Source: Nanobdellota archaeon (lineage in GTDB: Archaea; Nanobdellota; Nanobdellia; Woesearchaeales; SM23-78). From it: a DNA stretch of 50,780 nucleotides. Positions 9,001-18,837 of the stretch are shown here, piece by piece. The DNA lies in the NCBI GenBank assembly GCA_018819305.1, contig JAHJQO010000006.1:1-50780 (forward strand). The letters are read 5' to 3'. Position 1 is the stretch's first letter; each line of letters opens with the position of its first letter. The position numbers and the translations under genes were made by a program. Under the pieces are notes generated by a model that had not been told where the DNA came from, did not search any database, and was given only the letters and a program-made list of their open reading frames with translations.

Positions 9001-10653
9001 TTAATCTTCAAATTTCTTATTTGCATTGACAAATTTCATGATGTTGGATTTATTTGTAAAATATTCTGCAATTACTCTTCCAACCTCATCTACATCAGTA
9101 ATTTCATGTTTCATCAGATAATTCAAAACTTTTTCTTTTTCAGCCAGATCTTTTTTTATATCTGCATCACTCATTCCTGTGTAAAGTTTCAAGGTCTTGA
9201 ATAAGGACTTGGAAGGATTAACTTTCACCAGCTTATCTTTTTTCTGGTCATACTGCATCATTATATTGACTGTTGAATCATCAAGTATCTCAGCAATCTG
9301 GAATGTTCTTCTTGTTCCTGTTCTCCTGTTTCTGAACTGAACTATTATAAGGCTGATTGCAGGCAGCATAATTTTAGGAACATCAATTGGAGGATTTGTA
9401 AGTCTTTCAACTGTCTGCTGTGCATTGTTTGCGTGAAAAGTTGCATAAACACTATGTCCTGTGTGAATAGCTTCAAACAGGGTTTCGGATTCTCTTTTTC
9501 TTCTGACTTCACCAACTAATATTCTGTCAGGTCTCATTCTCAGGCTGTTAATAAGCAGGTCTTCCATAGAAATCTCTCCTTTGCCTTCTGCATTAGGAAG
9601 CCTGGTATTCATAGGTACCCAGTGCAAAAATTTTGGCAGCCTGACTTCTCTTGTATCTTCAATGCTAATAATCCTCTGGTTTGGAGGAAAGAAATTTGCA
9701 AAGCAGTTAAGAGCAGAAGTTTTTCCGCTTGCTGTTCCTCCGGCAATAATCGCACTTAGCTCATATTGCATGGCCATCCATATCAGAGCTGCTGCTTCTA
9801 CAGAAATTGTTTTGGTTTGAATGAATTTTGTAATGGTCCATGGGTCACGGGCAAACTTTCTAAAAGTGATTGTATTGCCTGCAGTGCTGATTGGCATAAG
9901 TGTGGCATTAACTCTGTCTCCTCCTTCAAGATGTGCGTCAAGCAGAGGTTCTAAAACAGTAATCTGCCTTCCAACTTTTCTGCCAATAATACTTGCAAAA
10001 TGTCTTGTCTGCTCTTCATCCCTTAGAAAAACATTTGACTTTAGCCATCCATGCTTTCTATGAAAAACCCAAATAGGTTCTGTTGCTTCATTAATAACAA
10101 CTTCTTCCAGAAGATAATCATTCATAACAAACTCAATCATGCCCAAGCCCAGACTCTTGGTCATAAGATAACTTGTCAAAAATCCTTTGGTTTCATCATC
10201 AAGGTCTGGAAAATACTTTCTGATAAGGTCTCCTATGGTTTCTTCAAACTGGTTTTCAATAAGCTTGGTTTTTTTCAAATCTGTAAGGTCAACCATTTCA
10301 AGGTTTACTGCCTTGACAAGTTCCTGCCTGATTCTTTCAAGCATAAACTCTGTTGTCTTGGAAATACTTGCAACACTCACTTCATAAAGAGGAACAAATT
10401 CTCCTTTTCTTCTTACTATAGTTACTTTTATAGGAATGTTTTTTGCCCGATATTCATAAGTATCAATAATATTACCTGAACCAGAATCTGATGTTTTTAT
10501 CTTGTGAACTGTAAGTGGTTTAGAATCTGCTTTATTTTGCTTTTTCTTAGAAATATTAGGCTTAACCTGTTTATTCTTGGTTTCTTTTTTCTTATTGGTT
10601 TTTAGGGCTTTCTTAATAATTACCTTTTTGACTTTTTTCTTCTTTTTTGCCAC
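9001..10653 (-). CDS. CpaF/VirB11-family pilus assembly ATPase
   Basis: Walker A GGTASGKT, SIEDTRE, LRMRPDRILVGEVR, HTGH..TFHA; GTG start after GAGGTG. Confidence 0.95.
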   Translation of the reverse strand: MAKKKKKVKKVIIKKALKTNKKKETKNKQVKPNISKKKQNKADSKPLTVHKIKTSDSGSGNIIDTYEYRAKNIPIKVTIVRRKGEFVPLYEVSVASISKTTEFMLERIRQELVKAVNLEMVDLTDLKKTKLIENQFEETIGDLIRKYFPDLDDETKGFLTSYLMTKSLGLGMIEFVMNDYLLEEVVINEATEPIWVFHRKHGWLKSNVFLRDEEQTRHFASIIGRKVGRQITVLEPLLDAHLEGGDRVNATLMPISTAGNTITFRKFARDPWTITKFIQTKTISVEAAALIWMAMQYELSAIIAGGTASGKTSALNCFANFFPPNQRIISIEDTREVRLPKFLHWVPMNTRLPNAEGKGEISMEDLLINSLRMRPDRILVGEVRRKRESETLFEAIHTGHSVYATFHANNAQQTVERLTNPPIDVPKIMLPAISLIIVQFRNRRTGTRRTFQIAEILDDSTVNIMMQYDQKKDKLVKVNPSKSLFKTLKLYTGMSDADIKKDLAEKEKVLNYLMKHEITDVDEVGRVIAEYFTNKSNIMKFVNANKKFED

Positions 10654-10757
10654 CTAACTCCCACCTCTTTTTAAAGGAATATAATGAAATCTACTTCTAA
10701 TATTTTATAATTATAAGTATATAAATCTTTTCATAAGAAACGCGAGAATTAAAAGGT

Positions 10758-11918
10758 TTACTTTGCATTAATAAAATCAGCAAGCTTGCCAAGCTTCTTG
10801 GCAAAATCAGATTTTTTCTTTTCTGTTTCCTGAAAGCTCTTTTGAAGATCTTTGACATAGCTCTTTACATTCGTGCTTTTCATAGAAAGGTTAAAGCTTT
10901 GGGCTGTTGCGATTAATCCGCGAAGCTCTTTCTCAATCTCTTTTTTATCCTTATCAATATTATCAATCAGGATTTGTGTTTTTGCTTTTTTATTAAAGAA
11001 AGCTTTGAAATCATCAGCAGCTTTCATACTTTCAAACTTGTACTTATCAATCTCTTTTTTCTTAGCCATTATCTTTTTAAGAATAGAATCCTGGACAGCT
11101 AAAATCTTTTCTTCTTTGCCTTTGGCTGTCTGAATAATCGGTTCTAGTTCTGATTTCATCCTGAAATGAATATCTTTTTGAAGTTTCTCAGCAGATTTGA
11201 GATGAACATTAATTGTCTCTGTAGAAGCTTTGATAATAACATTTTGTTCTGTTATTTTTGCATCAAGTGACTTGAAAATCTCTCTTAGTGCATTAAGCCT
11301 TTTTTTCAAGTTGTCTTGTCTTTTTTCCAAATAAGAAATTTCAACCTTAGCTTCTTCTATTTTTGATTTCTCAGAGCCAATATGATCAATAAAGCTCTCG
11401 TATTTTTTTCTCTGCTCTGCTATCTGCCTGTGAATCTTTTCAAGCATATCCTGATAATCTAATCTCTGCTGGATAATGTCTTTGTCAATGTTTTTTTTCA
11501 AATCCTCATAATGTTTTAACTCCTGAAGCTCTTCCCTGACCTGGTCAATGTCGCTTCCAATAGTATCTTTTAGTTTTTTGAATTCTACTTTGATACTGTC
11601 AAAACCAGCAGATTCTTTTTGCAGAGATGACAATGCAGTCTCAACTTTTCTTGTAAAAGCATCTTTTTTAGAAGAATAGACTTTGGCTTTCTTCTCAACC
11701 TCACCTTTGGACAGTTTTCTCTCGCAAAGATAAGTCCTGCTAAGCTTGTACTCAACAGTAATCATACCCTCGTCTTCCAGGAAATCAGCCCACTCCTGGA
11801 TAACAGGAATACTAACACCCAGTTCATTGGCAGCATCATTAATACTGAGTTTCTTTTTCCTGTTAATCAAAGATACTAATTTATCTACACCTGTCTCAAT
11901 ATTCTTCTTATCTGCCAT
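10758..11918 (-). CDS. Long coiled-coil protein with N-terminal winged-helix-like domain
   Basis: LSINDAANELGVSIPVIQEWADFLEDEGMITVEY then ~300 aa heptad-rich K/E sequence; start set at ATG 11918 after GAGG. Confidence 0.7.
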   Translation of the reverse strand: MADKKNIETGVDKLVSLINRKKKLSINDAANELGVSIPVIQEWADFLEDEGMITVEYKLSRTYLCERKLSKGEVEKKAKVYSSKKDAFTRKVETALSSLQKESAGFDSIKVEFKKLKDTIGSDIDQVREELQELKHYEDLKKNIDKDIIQQRLDYQDMLEKIHRQIAEQRKKYESFIDHIGSEKSKIEEAKVEISYLEKRQDNLKKRLNALREIFKSLDAKITEQNVIIKASTETINVHLKSAEKLQKDIHFRMKSELEPIIQTAKGKEEKILAVQDSILKKIMAKKKEIDKYKFESMKAADDFKAFFNKKAKTQILIDNIDKDKKEIEKELRGLIATAQSFNLSMKSTNVKSYVKDLQKSFQETEKKKSDFAKKLGKLADFINAK

Positions 11919-12026
11919 GATAACCTCTTTTTTATCCTCTAAGCCTATTTTTTCGTTTGAAGGTATAAAAATGTTTCTTTTTTTTCTTTTTTCGGAAAAA
12001 AACAACAAAATCTATATGATTTTGTG

Positions 12027-12074
12027 TCATAAAAGCTTTGCTTTTGTGAGTTCAAAAATTCCTAATTTTTGTTT
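12027..12074. repeat. Twin-hairpin intergenic element (copy C)
   Basis: TCATAAAAGC-TTT-GCTTTTGTGA, GTT, CAAAAATT-CCT-AATTTTTG. Confidence 0.6.
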
Positions 12075-12083
12075 CTTTTTTTA

Positions 12084-12213
12084 TTGTCATAAAAGTAAGT
12101 GCCTTATATGTGAGCGAGACTGGTTAGCCTCGTAAGACACAGGTTTGGAACATAATTTCTTAGTTAATAAATTAACTTAAATTATGTCGAGCGAACCGGC
12201 ACTTTTATGACAA
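12084..12213. mobile_element. MITE-like 130-bp element with terminal inverted repeats and internal hairpins
   Basis: Left TTGTCATAAAAGT(AAGT)GCC versus right GGCACTTTTATGACAA; internal ACATAATTT..AGTTAAT/ATTAACT..AAATTATGT stem. Confidence 0.45.
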
Positions 12214-12229
12214 ATTTATTTAATATTAA

Positions 12230-12568
12230 TTAAAAATTTATTTCATCCTTATTTTTTGTCTTCCCAATCATACCAACAGGAAGTTCAACTACATACTTTG
12301 ACTTAGCCTTAGGCGAATAATAAGCAAATGGCTTGAAATTCTTTTTTATATCAACAACTTTATTGTTCTTGTCAAGGAACAAGACATCAATTGGAAAAAA
12401 CACAAACCACATGTGCAAGGGTGTAAGTTGTTCTTTATCAAAATCAAAAACCAGTCCAAAGTCTGGCTTTCTGAACCTGAACATCAGACCAAAGGCTTTG
12501 CAAAAAATGCTTTTGCAGATTCTGGTTTTCTTTATTATATTTATTTTTTTTGTAATATTGCGTATCAT
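12230..12568 (-). CDS. DUF192 domain protein
   Basis: GLMFR..GLVFDF..LHMWFVFFPIDVLFLD..KYVVELP signature. Confidence 0.9.
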   Translation of the reverse strand: MIRNITKKINIIKKTRICKSIFCKAFGLMFRFRKPDFGLVFDFDKEQLTPLHMWFVFFPIDVLFLDKNNKVVDIKKNFKPFAYYSPKAKSKYVVELPVGMIGKTKNKDEINF

Positions 12569-12578
12569 TTTTATATCT

Positions 12579-13547
12579 TCAACACTCAGTATAATTCAAA
12601 TCATCGACTTCGTATTTCGAAGTATGATTTAAATCTATCTTAAACCAATTTGGCATGTTGTCAACATTGCAGGCAAGCTCTTCATATCCTGATATATTGC
12701 TGAATAATATATAATCAACAATACTTTTTGAAGAACTGTAATTAGCATCCTGGAGTTTCATCTCATCAATATTTACAATGCTTTCTATTCCATATGGCGA
12801 GCTTGAAAAGTTTCCTTTCATTCTCATTAAAAAGCTCGGGGCTTCTGTATTAGTTGCATAGTATGAATTATTAATATGCCTCATTAAATTATCTGTATTA
12901 TTATCCGTGCTGTTCACAAAGTCAGTAATGTTTGTGATTCTGATTGTATTGGGCACTCTTCCATAAGTTGCTACGCTATACACTGGGTCTCTGATGTTAA
13001 TCAAGGAAACACTTGTATTATAGTCTCTTGTGAAATCCCATGCAGCCAAACCTTTCTGGTCTGTAATATTTATTCTTGTAGTTGCAATAACTTTCACACT
13101 CCAGGGAGAATCATGATAAAGTGTTATATCTGTAACATTCATGTCTATATCTAATCCTATCTGGCCTGCAATGACTTTTAGCTTGTCAAGATAATCAAGA
13201 TAAGATGAATTCTCCAGTATTTCAACTGTTGTCCCATTCACAGTCCCATTATAAAACGCTAATCTAAACACTTCTTCTGTGTTATTGAGATATGCTCCTG
13301 ACTGTGCAACAAAATCCTCAACAGCAATCAGGGCTCTAAAGCCAGAAATATATATTGACCTATCTGAGTCTGAATCTATATCTTTGATAAATCCATCTAT
13401 GGTTCTTATCCTTGTCTCAGCTACTTCCTGTCTTTCAGTGTAGCCATATTCTTTGTATGCCAAAAAAACAAATATCATTACCACTATAAATAAGGATGAA
13501 AGTAACAAGTAAAACATTCCTTTTTTGTTGATTTTTTTAAATCTCAT
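12579..13547 (-). CDS. Minor pilin-like protein with class III-type signal peptide
   Basis: MRFKKINKKG|MFYLLLSSLFIVVM; many NxS/T sequons; start at ATG 13547. Confidence 0.7.
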   Translation of the reverse strand: MRFKKINKKGMFYLLLSSLFIVVMIFVFLAYKEYGYTERQEVAETRIRTIDGFIKDIDSDSDRSIYISGFRALIAVEDFVAQSGAYLNNTEEVFRLAFYNGTVNGTTVEILENSSYLDYLDKLKVIAGQIGLDIDMNVTDITLYHDSPWSVKVIATTRINITDQKGLAAWDFTRDYNTSVSLINIRDPVYSVATYGRVPNTIRITNITDFVNSTDNNTDNLMRHINNSYYATNTEAPSFLMRMKGNFSSSPYGIESIVNIDEMKLQDANYSSSKSIVDYILFSNISGYEELACNVDNMPNWFKIDLNHTSKYEVDDLNYTEC

Positions 13548-13567
13548 TTTATTTTTCAGTTTATAAT

Positions 13568-16333
13568 TTATTGCCAGACTCTGGCTTTGATAAGTGTTGG
13601 TCCCCATAAATAAGGTACTGAAGTAATAGTAGTAAGGACGATTTCAATGTCTGCTGCATCTAAATTTACAAACACTTTTCCATTATCATCAAAATCAAGA
13701 GCTCTCAACAATTGGAATACTGCAATATCATAAGCATCAGTGTTATCATAAGCTCCATCTGCAAGAGTATAATTATTTTCTGTATAACTGCATCTTTTAG
13801 TGCCATCATATTCTATAGGAATCACTTTACTGCTGTTAGTATCATCCTCAAACTGTATGGTCCAGTTGCAGCCATCTGAATGTTCAACTACTTCAGAACG
13901 GGCAGTAGCTGATGGAACAAGAGCAGTATATATCAAAGTATTGTTGTCTGAACAATTTGTGTCGTTTTGAGGTGAATCTCCTGTTCCTATTGTCAAACTA
14001 TGAGTTCCGTTTGTTAAGAGATACGCAGGAATCTGTATTGTGTATGGATCACCCAAACGTGTATAATCAGAACTAAAAAAAGAAAGATTATAAACACTTA
14101 TTCCATCAATTATCAAAGTATCGGTCCAGTGATAGTCAGAGTAAGAAACAACTTTTGCATCAGCCACTCTAATGCCATCTGGAATCATAACAGTAGGATT
14201 ACATGTGCCGAACTGATCTGTCTGCACAACAACACTTAGTTCATTAGGATAAGGTGGATTTATTGTAGGAGTATAAACAAATTCAATATACGAATCATTA
14301 AACAAAATTGAAGAAGTAATATTACCTTGTACAGTCACGATTTGAGCAGTCTGTCCTACTCTTGACAAAATATCATAAGAAATGTTCTGGTAAAACTCCT
14401 GCAATGCAGAACCATCACTACTGACAAGCACACTTCCATTGCCTGCTTCTGCAATTTCATGAACAGTGTAATTCGCATTTGTACAAGTTTCCAGAGGCCC
14501 AAACCCAACAGCATATACTGTGGCATTTAAATCATCATGAAGCCTTTGAGCAGAATTAATTGCATTATTCATTGGACCGTTACAGTCATTTCCTTCACAA
14601 TCATCTTCATCACCAAAACAAGAGAGTACTGATGGCGGCCGATAGCCTGTGGTTCCAATAGATGTCTCATTACATTCCCATTCATTACCATCCCAGTACT
14701 GGCCGCAGCAATGTGTTGGCACGCCATCAGTCATTACAATCACAGATTTAGTCCTGTTATCACTGCTATAAGTATTCAAAATATCATAAGCCTGATTTAT
14801 TGCACAGCAGATACATGTCCCTCCTTTTATCTCTTTCCCACTCTTGGATTTATACCTATCATATATCTCGTTTTCAATATTTTCTTCTGTTAAAATCCCA
14901 AGGTCAGAACTAAAAAAAGGGTTTGCATTGTCTGCAAAATCAACCAACCAGAGCCTATTGTAATTATTTGCTCTCGAAGAATTCATGATTATAGCGTTCA
15001 CATCTGAGTCAAGGCACGCTGCCACACCAAGCCTCCTGGACGCAGGGTCTATTATGTCCTCTGCCTTACAACCAGGAATTGCATTACCTCCTGGTGGATA
15101 AACCCAAGTATTCATTCTGAACTTCATGCTTCCGGAAAGATCTGTAATAAGCACAACATCTGCGTTCGAGCCAAAAACATATGATTGTGTCTCATTATAT
15201 GACGCAAATCTAATCGGAATGGTATTGTTGCTCAGGTCATCATAATTTAGATTGATTGGAAACTGATGCAGGTCTGTATCATTTAATCTCACTTCTGTTT
15301 CACCATCAGAATCATTCTGGTAAACAATAACATCACCAATTGTCAAGTATGTTCGGTTAGCTGTGCTGTCAAAGTGCAAATAAATAGACATGTTTGTCAG
15401 AGTTCCAGAGATGTAGAATGAATCATACAAATTCACAACTCCTTCAACTCCAGGCAAATAAGATTTTTCAGTTCCTGTAACAATAGTATCTTGAGCTTCA
15501 TCTGTTTTATAGTCGACTTTTAAGTATCCTCCCGCTACATAAGATTCATTCATTTCTCCAGAAAAAATGAAATATATGTTGTTTCTTCCCGGAACAATTG
15601 ATGAATTACAATGTGTAATATCCCAAATATCAGGACTCATGTTAGTTGAAGTTGGTGAAAATGTATCGCAGGTATCACTATTTATTTTCAATGTGAAAGA
15701 GCTTGCTGCATCCACTTCTAAAGTTATCATACTTATATCCTCTGATGATACATCATCAGGTATATCTTCTAAGAAAAAAGAAAGATTGCCCTGCCCGACA
15801 AAACCCCCAAAATATGCAAAGCTGCTGGTGCGCTTGTCATCAATTTTTCTTAGATAGGCAGATGATGTTGCTCCTGTGAGCGGAGCTCCCTGCATAATTC
15901 CTGTGATCATTCTTTCTCCAGAAACTCTTTCAGAAACAGCGGATTTTGTTTTTTCAAAAATAGTATCGCTTTCTATCACAATGTTCACTCCTGTATTATT
16001 AGAAAACATTCCTTGTAAAATATAACTAGAGAGATTCATCGCAAGTTCTGTTTCATTAACAGCCCAGTAAGTGCCAATCTGCTCAAGAACTGAAATATTT
16101 AGATTGGTATATGAACTGTCGAGATAATTACCCACAAAAGTACTGTTGACTTCGCTCATCTGAAGTTCTGAAAGCACCAGCAAAACATCTGAAGACAAGT
16201 ATTCAATGCTTTCTTTAGGATGCTCTTTGACAAGATGCTGGGATATTAAAAGCAATCCTCCTATAAGTATGATTGATGCAAACAATGCATCCAGAGTAAA
16301 ATAAAATGCTTTTTTGTTTTTAGCTAGCGCCAT
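13568..16333 (-). CDS. Large pilin-like vWA-domain protein, putative pilus tip adhesin
   Basis: KKA|FYFTLDALFA signal; MIDAS DLSGS..GGT..MTDGVP..VYAVGFG; Cys-rich, many N-glycosylation sequons. Confidence 0.8.
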   Translation of the reverse strand: MALAKNKKAFYFTLDALFASIILIGGLLLISQHLVKEHPKESIEYLSSDVLLVLSELQMSEVNSTFVGNYLDSSYTNLNISVLEQIGTYWAVNETELAMNLSSYILQGMFSNNTGVNIVIESDTIFEKTKSAVSERVSGERMITGIMQGAPLTGATSSAYLRKIDDKRTSSFAYFGGFVGQGNLSFFLEDIPDDVSSEDISMITLEVDAASSFTLKINSDTCDTFSPTSTNMSPDIWDITHCNSSIVPGRNNIYFIFSGEMNESYVAGGYLKVDYKTDEAQDTIVTGTEKSYLPGVEGVVNLYDSFYISGTLTNMSIYLHFDSTANRTYLTIGDVIVYQNDSDGETEVRLNDTDLHQFPINLNYDDLSNNTIPIRFASYNETQSYVFGSNADVVLITDLSGSMKFRMNTWVYPPGGNAIPGCKAEDIIDPASRRLGVAACLDSDVNAIIMNSSRANNYNRLWLVDFADNANPFFSSDLGILTEENIENEIYDRYKSKSGKEIKGGTCICCAINQAYDILNTYSSDNRTKSVIVMTDGVPTHCCGQYWDGNEWECNETSIGTTGYRPPSVLSCFGDEDDCEGNDCNGPMNNAINSAQRLHDDLNATVYAVGFGPLETCTNANYTVHEIAEAGNGSVLVSSDGSALQEFYQNISYDILSRVGQTAQIVTVQGNITSSILFNDSYIEFVYTPTINPPYPNELSVVVQTDQFGTCNPTVMIPDGIRVADAKVVSYSDYHWTDTLIIDGISVYNLSFFSSDYTRLGDPYTIQIPAYLLTNGTHSLTIGTGDSPQNDTNCSDNNTLIYTALVPSATARSEVVEHSDGCNWTIQFEDDTNSSKVIPIEYDGTKRCSYTENNYTLADGAYDNTDAYDIAVFQLLRALDFDDNGKVFVNLDAADIEIVLTTITSVPYLWGPTLIKARVWQ

Positions 16334-16875
16334 GTATAAACCACCATTCGCACTATTTCTGAATCATAAATTGCAAGTCTTGATACTTTCACCAGATTAT
16401 TGTAATTAATACTTGTAAAGTCAGGATTATGACAGTCAAAAGGAGGACCTGTGGAATTAATAGTAACATCAGAATTGCCAATTGCGCAACGCCCGTCAAA
16501 TTCCAGCATATCACCTTCTGCATCTTCAAATGTTATCAAGAAATCATGTCTTGACTGGAGCTTGGTTTTTAATGACGAGTAACTTACATTCATGGCATTT
16601 AATATTTTAGTTGAGTTCAAGCGAGAGCCGATTAATAGACCAGGTCTGATAACTGTGTTATTAGTCCATTGAACAGGATAACCTTCTGAAAGAAGTATTT
16701 CACTCATTTGAGAAGCATCTGTTTTTAATTCCTGAAAATCAGCATTCAGATTAAATCCATTAAGAATGAGTTTTACTGCCAGAACAGCAGCTATTGTGAA
16801 TAACAAAAGACTGATTGTATAATCTGACAACCAAACCTGTGCTTTTTTGCTTTTTTTGCTTTTTGTTTGTCTCAT
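16324..16875 (-). CDS. Minor pilin-like protein
   Basis: KKA|QVWLSDYTISLLLF signal; SEGYPVQW motif. Confidence 0.75.
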   Translation of the reverse strand: MRQTKSKKSKKAQVWLSDYTISLLLFTIAAVLAVKLILNGFNLNADFQELKTDASQMSEILLSEGYPVQWTNNTVIRPGLLIGSRLNSTKILNAMNVSYSSLKTKLQSRHDFLITFEDAEGDMLEFDGRCAIGNSDVTINSTGPPFDCHNPDFTSINYNNLVKVSRLAIYDSEIVRMVVYTWR

Positions 16876-16904
16876 GTTGTTATTAATTTTTTATTATTTT
16901 ATTA

Positions 16905-17291
16905 TTAACTAATTGAAACAGTGCTGATATCTGTCTTTCTTATTGTATTAATTCCTTTCTGCAAAGTACCTGTAATATTTGGAATTGGAAACAATAATTC
17001 TGTCCTCCTGTAAGTTATAATGATGTCATTGTTTAGTGTGGTTATTGTATAATCCAAATCTTCAATTTCAGATGGAATTGATATATTTCTTTCATAACCA
17101 AGCTCAACTTCTGAAGCAAGGATTATTTCATTCTGCAAAGAATAACCCAGGTCTGTTAATCTGTTAATGTTTCTCTGCTCTGAATAATCGTGCGTAAGAA
17201 CATAAAGCACTCCTGCCAAAACCATGATGATTATCATAGACAAACCTATCATAATCATGAACTCAGTAGCAACTTGTGCTTTCTTTCTCAT
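16905..17291 (-). CDS. Minor pilin-like protein
   Basis: MRKKA|QVATEFMIMIG class III signal with +5 Glu. Confidence 0.8.
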   Translation of the reverse strand: MRKKAQVATEFMIMIGLSMIIIMVLAGVLYVLTHDYSEQRNINRLTDLGYSLQNEIILASEVELGYERNISIPSEIEDLDYTITTLNNDIIITYRRTELLFPIPNITGTLQKGINTIRKTDISTVSIS

Positions 17292-17341
17292 TGAAAACCT
17301 CTTTTTGATTATTCTTTATCCGGGATTATCTTCTTTGCAAT

Positions 17342-17746
17342 TCAATCTGTGATACTGACATCGTTATCCTGGGCTTCAACAACAATGTTATGGATTCCGC
17401 TATAAGTCTGAAGACTGCCTGTAAGATTTGCAACAGTCCACTTCACAACTTCATAGTCACCACTCGGTCCTTCAACTAAAAAAGCCAGCCTGCTGTTAAT
17501 TACAGTGATGCTGTGAATTCCTTCTGGAAAATAAAGAGACAATGTTTTCTTGCTGGGTTCTCCCAGATAATAAACCTCATCAGCAGCATCTCTTATCTCG
17601 CTGGCAATCTTTTCCATATGAGCAGAAGTTATTTCAATATTCAGGGTTTCAGACTGCTGATAAAAAATTATTATCAATGGAATTGTCATTAAAAAAGCAA
17701 ATCCGACCACCATTAAGAACTCCAAACTAACCTGAGCTTTTCTCAA
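17342..17746 (-). CDS. Minor pilin-like protein
   Basis: MRKA|QVSLEFLMVVG class III signal; TTG start after GGTGA. Confidence 0.8.
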   Translation of the reverse strand: MRKAQVSLEFLMVVGFAFLMTIPLIIIFYQQSETLNIEITSAHMEKIASEIRDAADEVYYLGEPSKKTLSLYFPEGIHSITVINSRLAFLVEGPSGDYEVVKWTVANLTGSLQTYSGIHNIVVEAQDNDVSITD

Positions 17747-17887
17747 TTCACCACCCCTCTTTTTTACTGATTTGACTCCTCCTAATTAATAAAACATATA
17801 ATAAAATATGGTCTTATATCTAATATGTATTGATTTTCGTGAAAAGAATATATAAATCTTTATTTTTTTAACTCAATTTACCTGATT

Positions 17888-18658
17888 TTAACCAATATAA
17901 CTAGTGTCCTTGCGAGCCATGGATCCTGGCTGGTCAATCATTCCCTGCTGCTGGGCCAAAGGTCTCAGTTCGTTCTCAAGTTGCTTTATGTCTTTGTCAA
18001 GCTTTTTCATGTTAACTCCCAGCTTGTATCTTTGTTCAAGAATTTTCATTATTTCTTTGGCACCACGAAGCCCAATGTACATTGGATGAGCATAAGTCTC
18101 TGCCAGAAGAGTAACTGCTTTTATTCCTTTCTCACCACTCATTCCAAGAAGCAGGCCTGAAATTCCCATTATTGGGCCAACAACACCAAAGAGCTTGTCA
18201 TCTGCGCCAAGTTTTTTGAATTCCTGAATAAATTTCTTGTCATTTCCAGTGCACAAAACTTTTGGCTTTTTCGGTATCTCATGCAAACCAATGCCGCCAA
18301 GAGTTATTATGTGTTTGACTTTGTTTTTTACAGCCACATCAAGAACAGCTTGGGTAAATTCATAAGAATCTCTCTCTTTCATAGGCTGGACATCGCCCAC
18401 AAGAAACAAGAAGTCCTGTTTTCCTTTTTTCTTGTGATAAAACTCAATCTTAGGAAGCTCAACCATGTTGTCATCTTTTACAAACACAGAATTTGGAAGA
18501 CATGGTGAAAATAAAGTCATGATTTTAACTGCTTTAATCTGCTCAACAATAATGTCTGCAGCTATCTTGCCGACATTACCAATACCAGGCATTCCCTCAA
18601 TTAGAATAGTATTTGATAAATTTACTTTTTTTATTGTTTTTATTTTCCAGTCAGACAT
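17888..18658 (-). CDS. PAC2 family proteasome assembly chaperone
   Basis: LIEGMPGIGNVGKIA, IITLGG, GISGLLLG; canonical position after nop10. Confidence 0.9.
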   Translation of the reverse strand: MSDWKIKTIKKVNLSNTILIEGMPGIGNVGKIAADIIVEQIKAVKIMTLFSPCLPNSVFVKDDNMVELPKIEFYHKKKGKQDFLFLVGDVQPMKERDSYEFTQAVLDVAVKNKVKHIITLGGIGLHEIPKKPKVLCTGNDKKFIQEFKKLGADDKLFGVVGPIMGISGLLLGMSGEKGIKAVTLLAETYAHPMYIGLRGAKEIMKILEQRYKLGVNMKKLDKDIKQLENELRPLAQQQGMIDQPGSMARKDTSYIG

Positions 18659-18678
18659 TTTGATTTTCTAATTTTTCA

Positions 18679-18837
18679 TTATTTTTCCTGCCCTTCCTTA
18701 AACTTCCTACGATAATCACCGTATTTATCTTCAGGGCTGTATTTTGGAGGCTTTGGCCTGTCTCGCACATTTCCACATTTGCATTTTTCACTCAGACCAT
18801 AACTATGACATTTAGGACACTTAAGGATGTGGTTCAT
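18679..18837 (-). CDS. nop10: Ribosome biogenesis protein Nop10 (not in ORF track)
   Basis: Own translation MNHILKCPKCHSYGLSEKCKCGNVRDRPKPPKYSPEDKYGDYRRKFKEGQEK; ATGA overlap with aIF-2alpha stop. Confidence 0.93.
   Translation of the reverse strand: MNHILKCPKCHSYGLSEKCKCGNVRDRPKPPKYSPEDKYGDYRRKFKEGQEK

Noticed and set aside
6174-17746. Archaellum operon
   Set aside because: No archaellin, ArlH or ArlF/G-like sequences recognised; two separate platform genes and a vWA protein fit a pilus
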